A stretch of 63,006 nt of DNA, counting the filler, from Octopus bimaculoides (lineage: Eukaryota): NCBI RefSeq assembly GCF_001194135.2. It is 12 parts of 11 records of this genome, joined end to end, with 100 filler letters (N's around TTAATTAATTAA, not from the genome) between each part and the next. Parts side by side here need not be neighbours in the genome. Positions count along the whole stretch, not along the records: positions 61,986 to 63,006 come from NW_026342863.1; 11 more parts are not named here. The stretch is one strand, 5' to 3'. The notes beneath the pieces were generated by a model. That model saw only the letters and a program-made list of their open reading frames with translations. It was not told the origin of the DNA and did no database searches. Every line of letters begins with the position of its first letter. Positions within the stretch are counted from its first letter, which is position 1. The position numbers and the translations under genes were made by a program. Positions 61,886 through 63,006 of this stretch are shown piece by piece.

Positions 61886-62763
61886 NNNNNNNNNNNNNNN
61901 NNNNNNNNNNNNNNNNNNNNNNNNNNNNNTTAATTAATTAANNNNNNNNNNNNNNNNNNNNNNNNNNNNNNNNNNNNNNNNNNNNTTTAAGCAGAAAAGT
62001 AAAAATATGGAAGGTTATCCTGAAACTTAACTAATGACATTTACTGTGTGACTAGCGTTGGATCTTTGTTCGTGGGAAGTTCCGGCGGAGCAACGTAAAA
62101 TGAAATGTTTCGCTCAGGGATTGAAAGTACGATTGAAAGTAACGCCTTAACAGTTAGGTCATGCACCCTCACACGTACATACATGCATGCATACAGACAG
62201 ACAAGGATTGTCTTGGCAGTCACTTGGATTGTTAGAAACAGCAGCTAATCAATTATCTAAATACATTCGGCTGCTTTAACGGAAACCCAAAACATGTTGC
62301 GTAACATAGTTCCCGGTTCAGTGTTTCTGAAGAATAAAAACATACTGCGTAGTGAGGAGTGGAGTGGTTTTGATAACAGGGCGGCACTTCTGATCAGCGC
62401 TGACTTGATAGCTAACCACCACCGCCACCACCACCGCCGTCGCCACCACTGCCATCACCTCTACTAACCTCACAACAACAACAACAACAATAAGAACAGC
62501 AACAACGATATTTTGATGGTACTTACAATGGACATATAAACTCACTTACCTATGAAAACTAACTTTAGCAAACTCAGGGCAATTGGAAAGAAGCTTAGGC
62601 CGCTGACAACATATTGGGATATTTGGTAGGGTCCTTTCTCCTTCAGACTCATGAATAAAGAGTCAACATCGATCATTTTGGCAAGTTTGGACGAGGAAGG
62701 AAAGAGTGAGAGAGAGAAAGAAAGGAAGAAAGAAGAGAAAACGTAAAGTAGTTTTTGAAAGAT

Positions 62764-63006
62764 CTAAATTGTTTCCTTCCAAGCTGCAACTTGTGAATGA
62801 ATGAGTGATGGGCAAATGACTCTAATTTGGTTATTCTCGACACTGAATATTATAAACTGGATCTGCATGTCTTGTGTCTTATCTTCGTGACAGCCGAAGA
62901 TAACAGCCGTATGTTCAGAAATACGGTTACGATTGATATTCTTCTTCACGTTGTCTGGTAGTGTCTTCATTTGGCTTACAGTTAAAAAAGCGACAACTTT
63001 AAGCAT
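62764..63006 (-). CDS. Candidate coding exon of unknown product, running off the window end
   Basis: 80 stop-free codons in non-repetitive DNA; no recognised domain or homolog. Confidence 0.25.
   Translation of the reverse strand: MLKVVAFLTVSQMKTLPDNVKKNINRNRISEHTAVIFGCHEDKTQDMQIQFIIFSVENNQIRVICPSLIHSQVAAWKETI

Overview
AT-rich, repeat-dominated eukaryotic scaffold window with no securely identifiable host gene. The SINE families, microsatellite density and gap style suggest a coleoid cephalopod (Octopus-like) draft assembly; this is inference, not a database result. Content: three or four tRNA-derived SINE families (about 25 full or partial copies); R4/Dong LINE pieces in (TAA)n tracts; RTE, CR1-like and older LINE remnants; a decayed Gypsy pol; Tc1/mariner fossils and MITEs; Helitron-like ends; Penelope-like (PLE) RT and GIY-YIG remnants; many assembly gaps and artefacts. 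The main signal not explained by the ORF track is about ten hammerhead-ribozyme (HHR)-like motifs from at least six unrelated sequence families. The best cases are (i) a divergently oriented inverted pair with 7-bp stem I and full stem III in a ~540-bp inverted-plus-tandem repeat (10065-10603), (ii) a two-copy family with a U3-A8 core (44383-44422, 57375-57417), and (iii) a motif with a 92-nt structured insert in loop II (45469-45603). Almost every copy has one or more core changes, so activity is unproven. All alignments and folds were done by eye and element boundaries are approximate.
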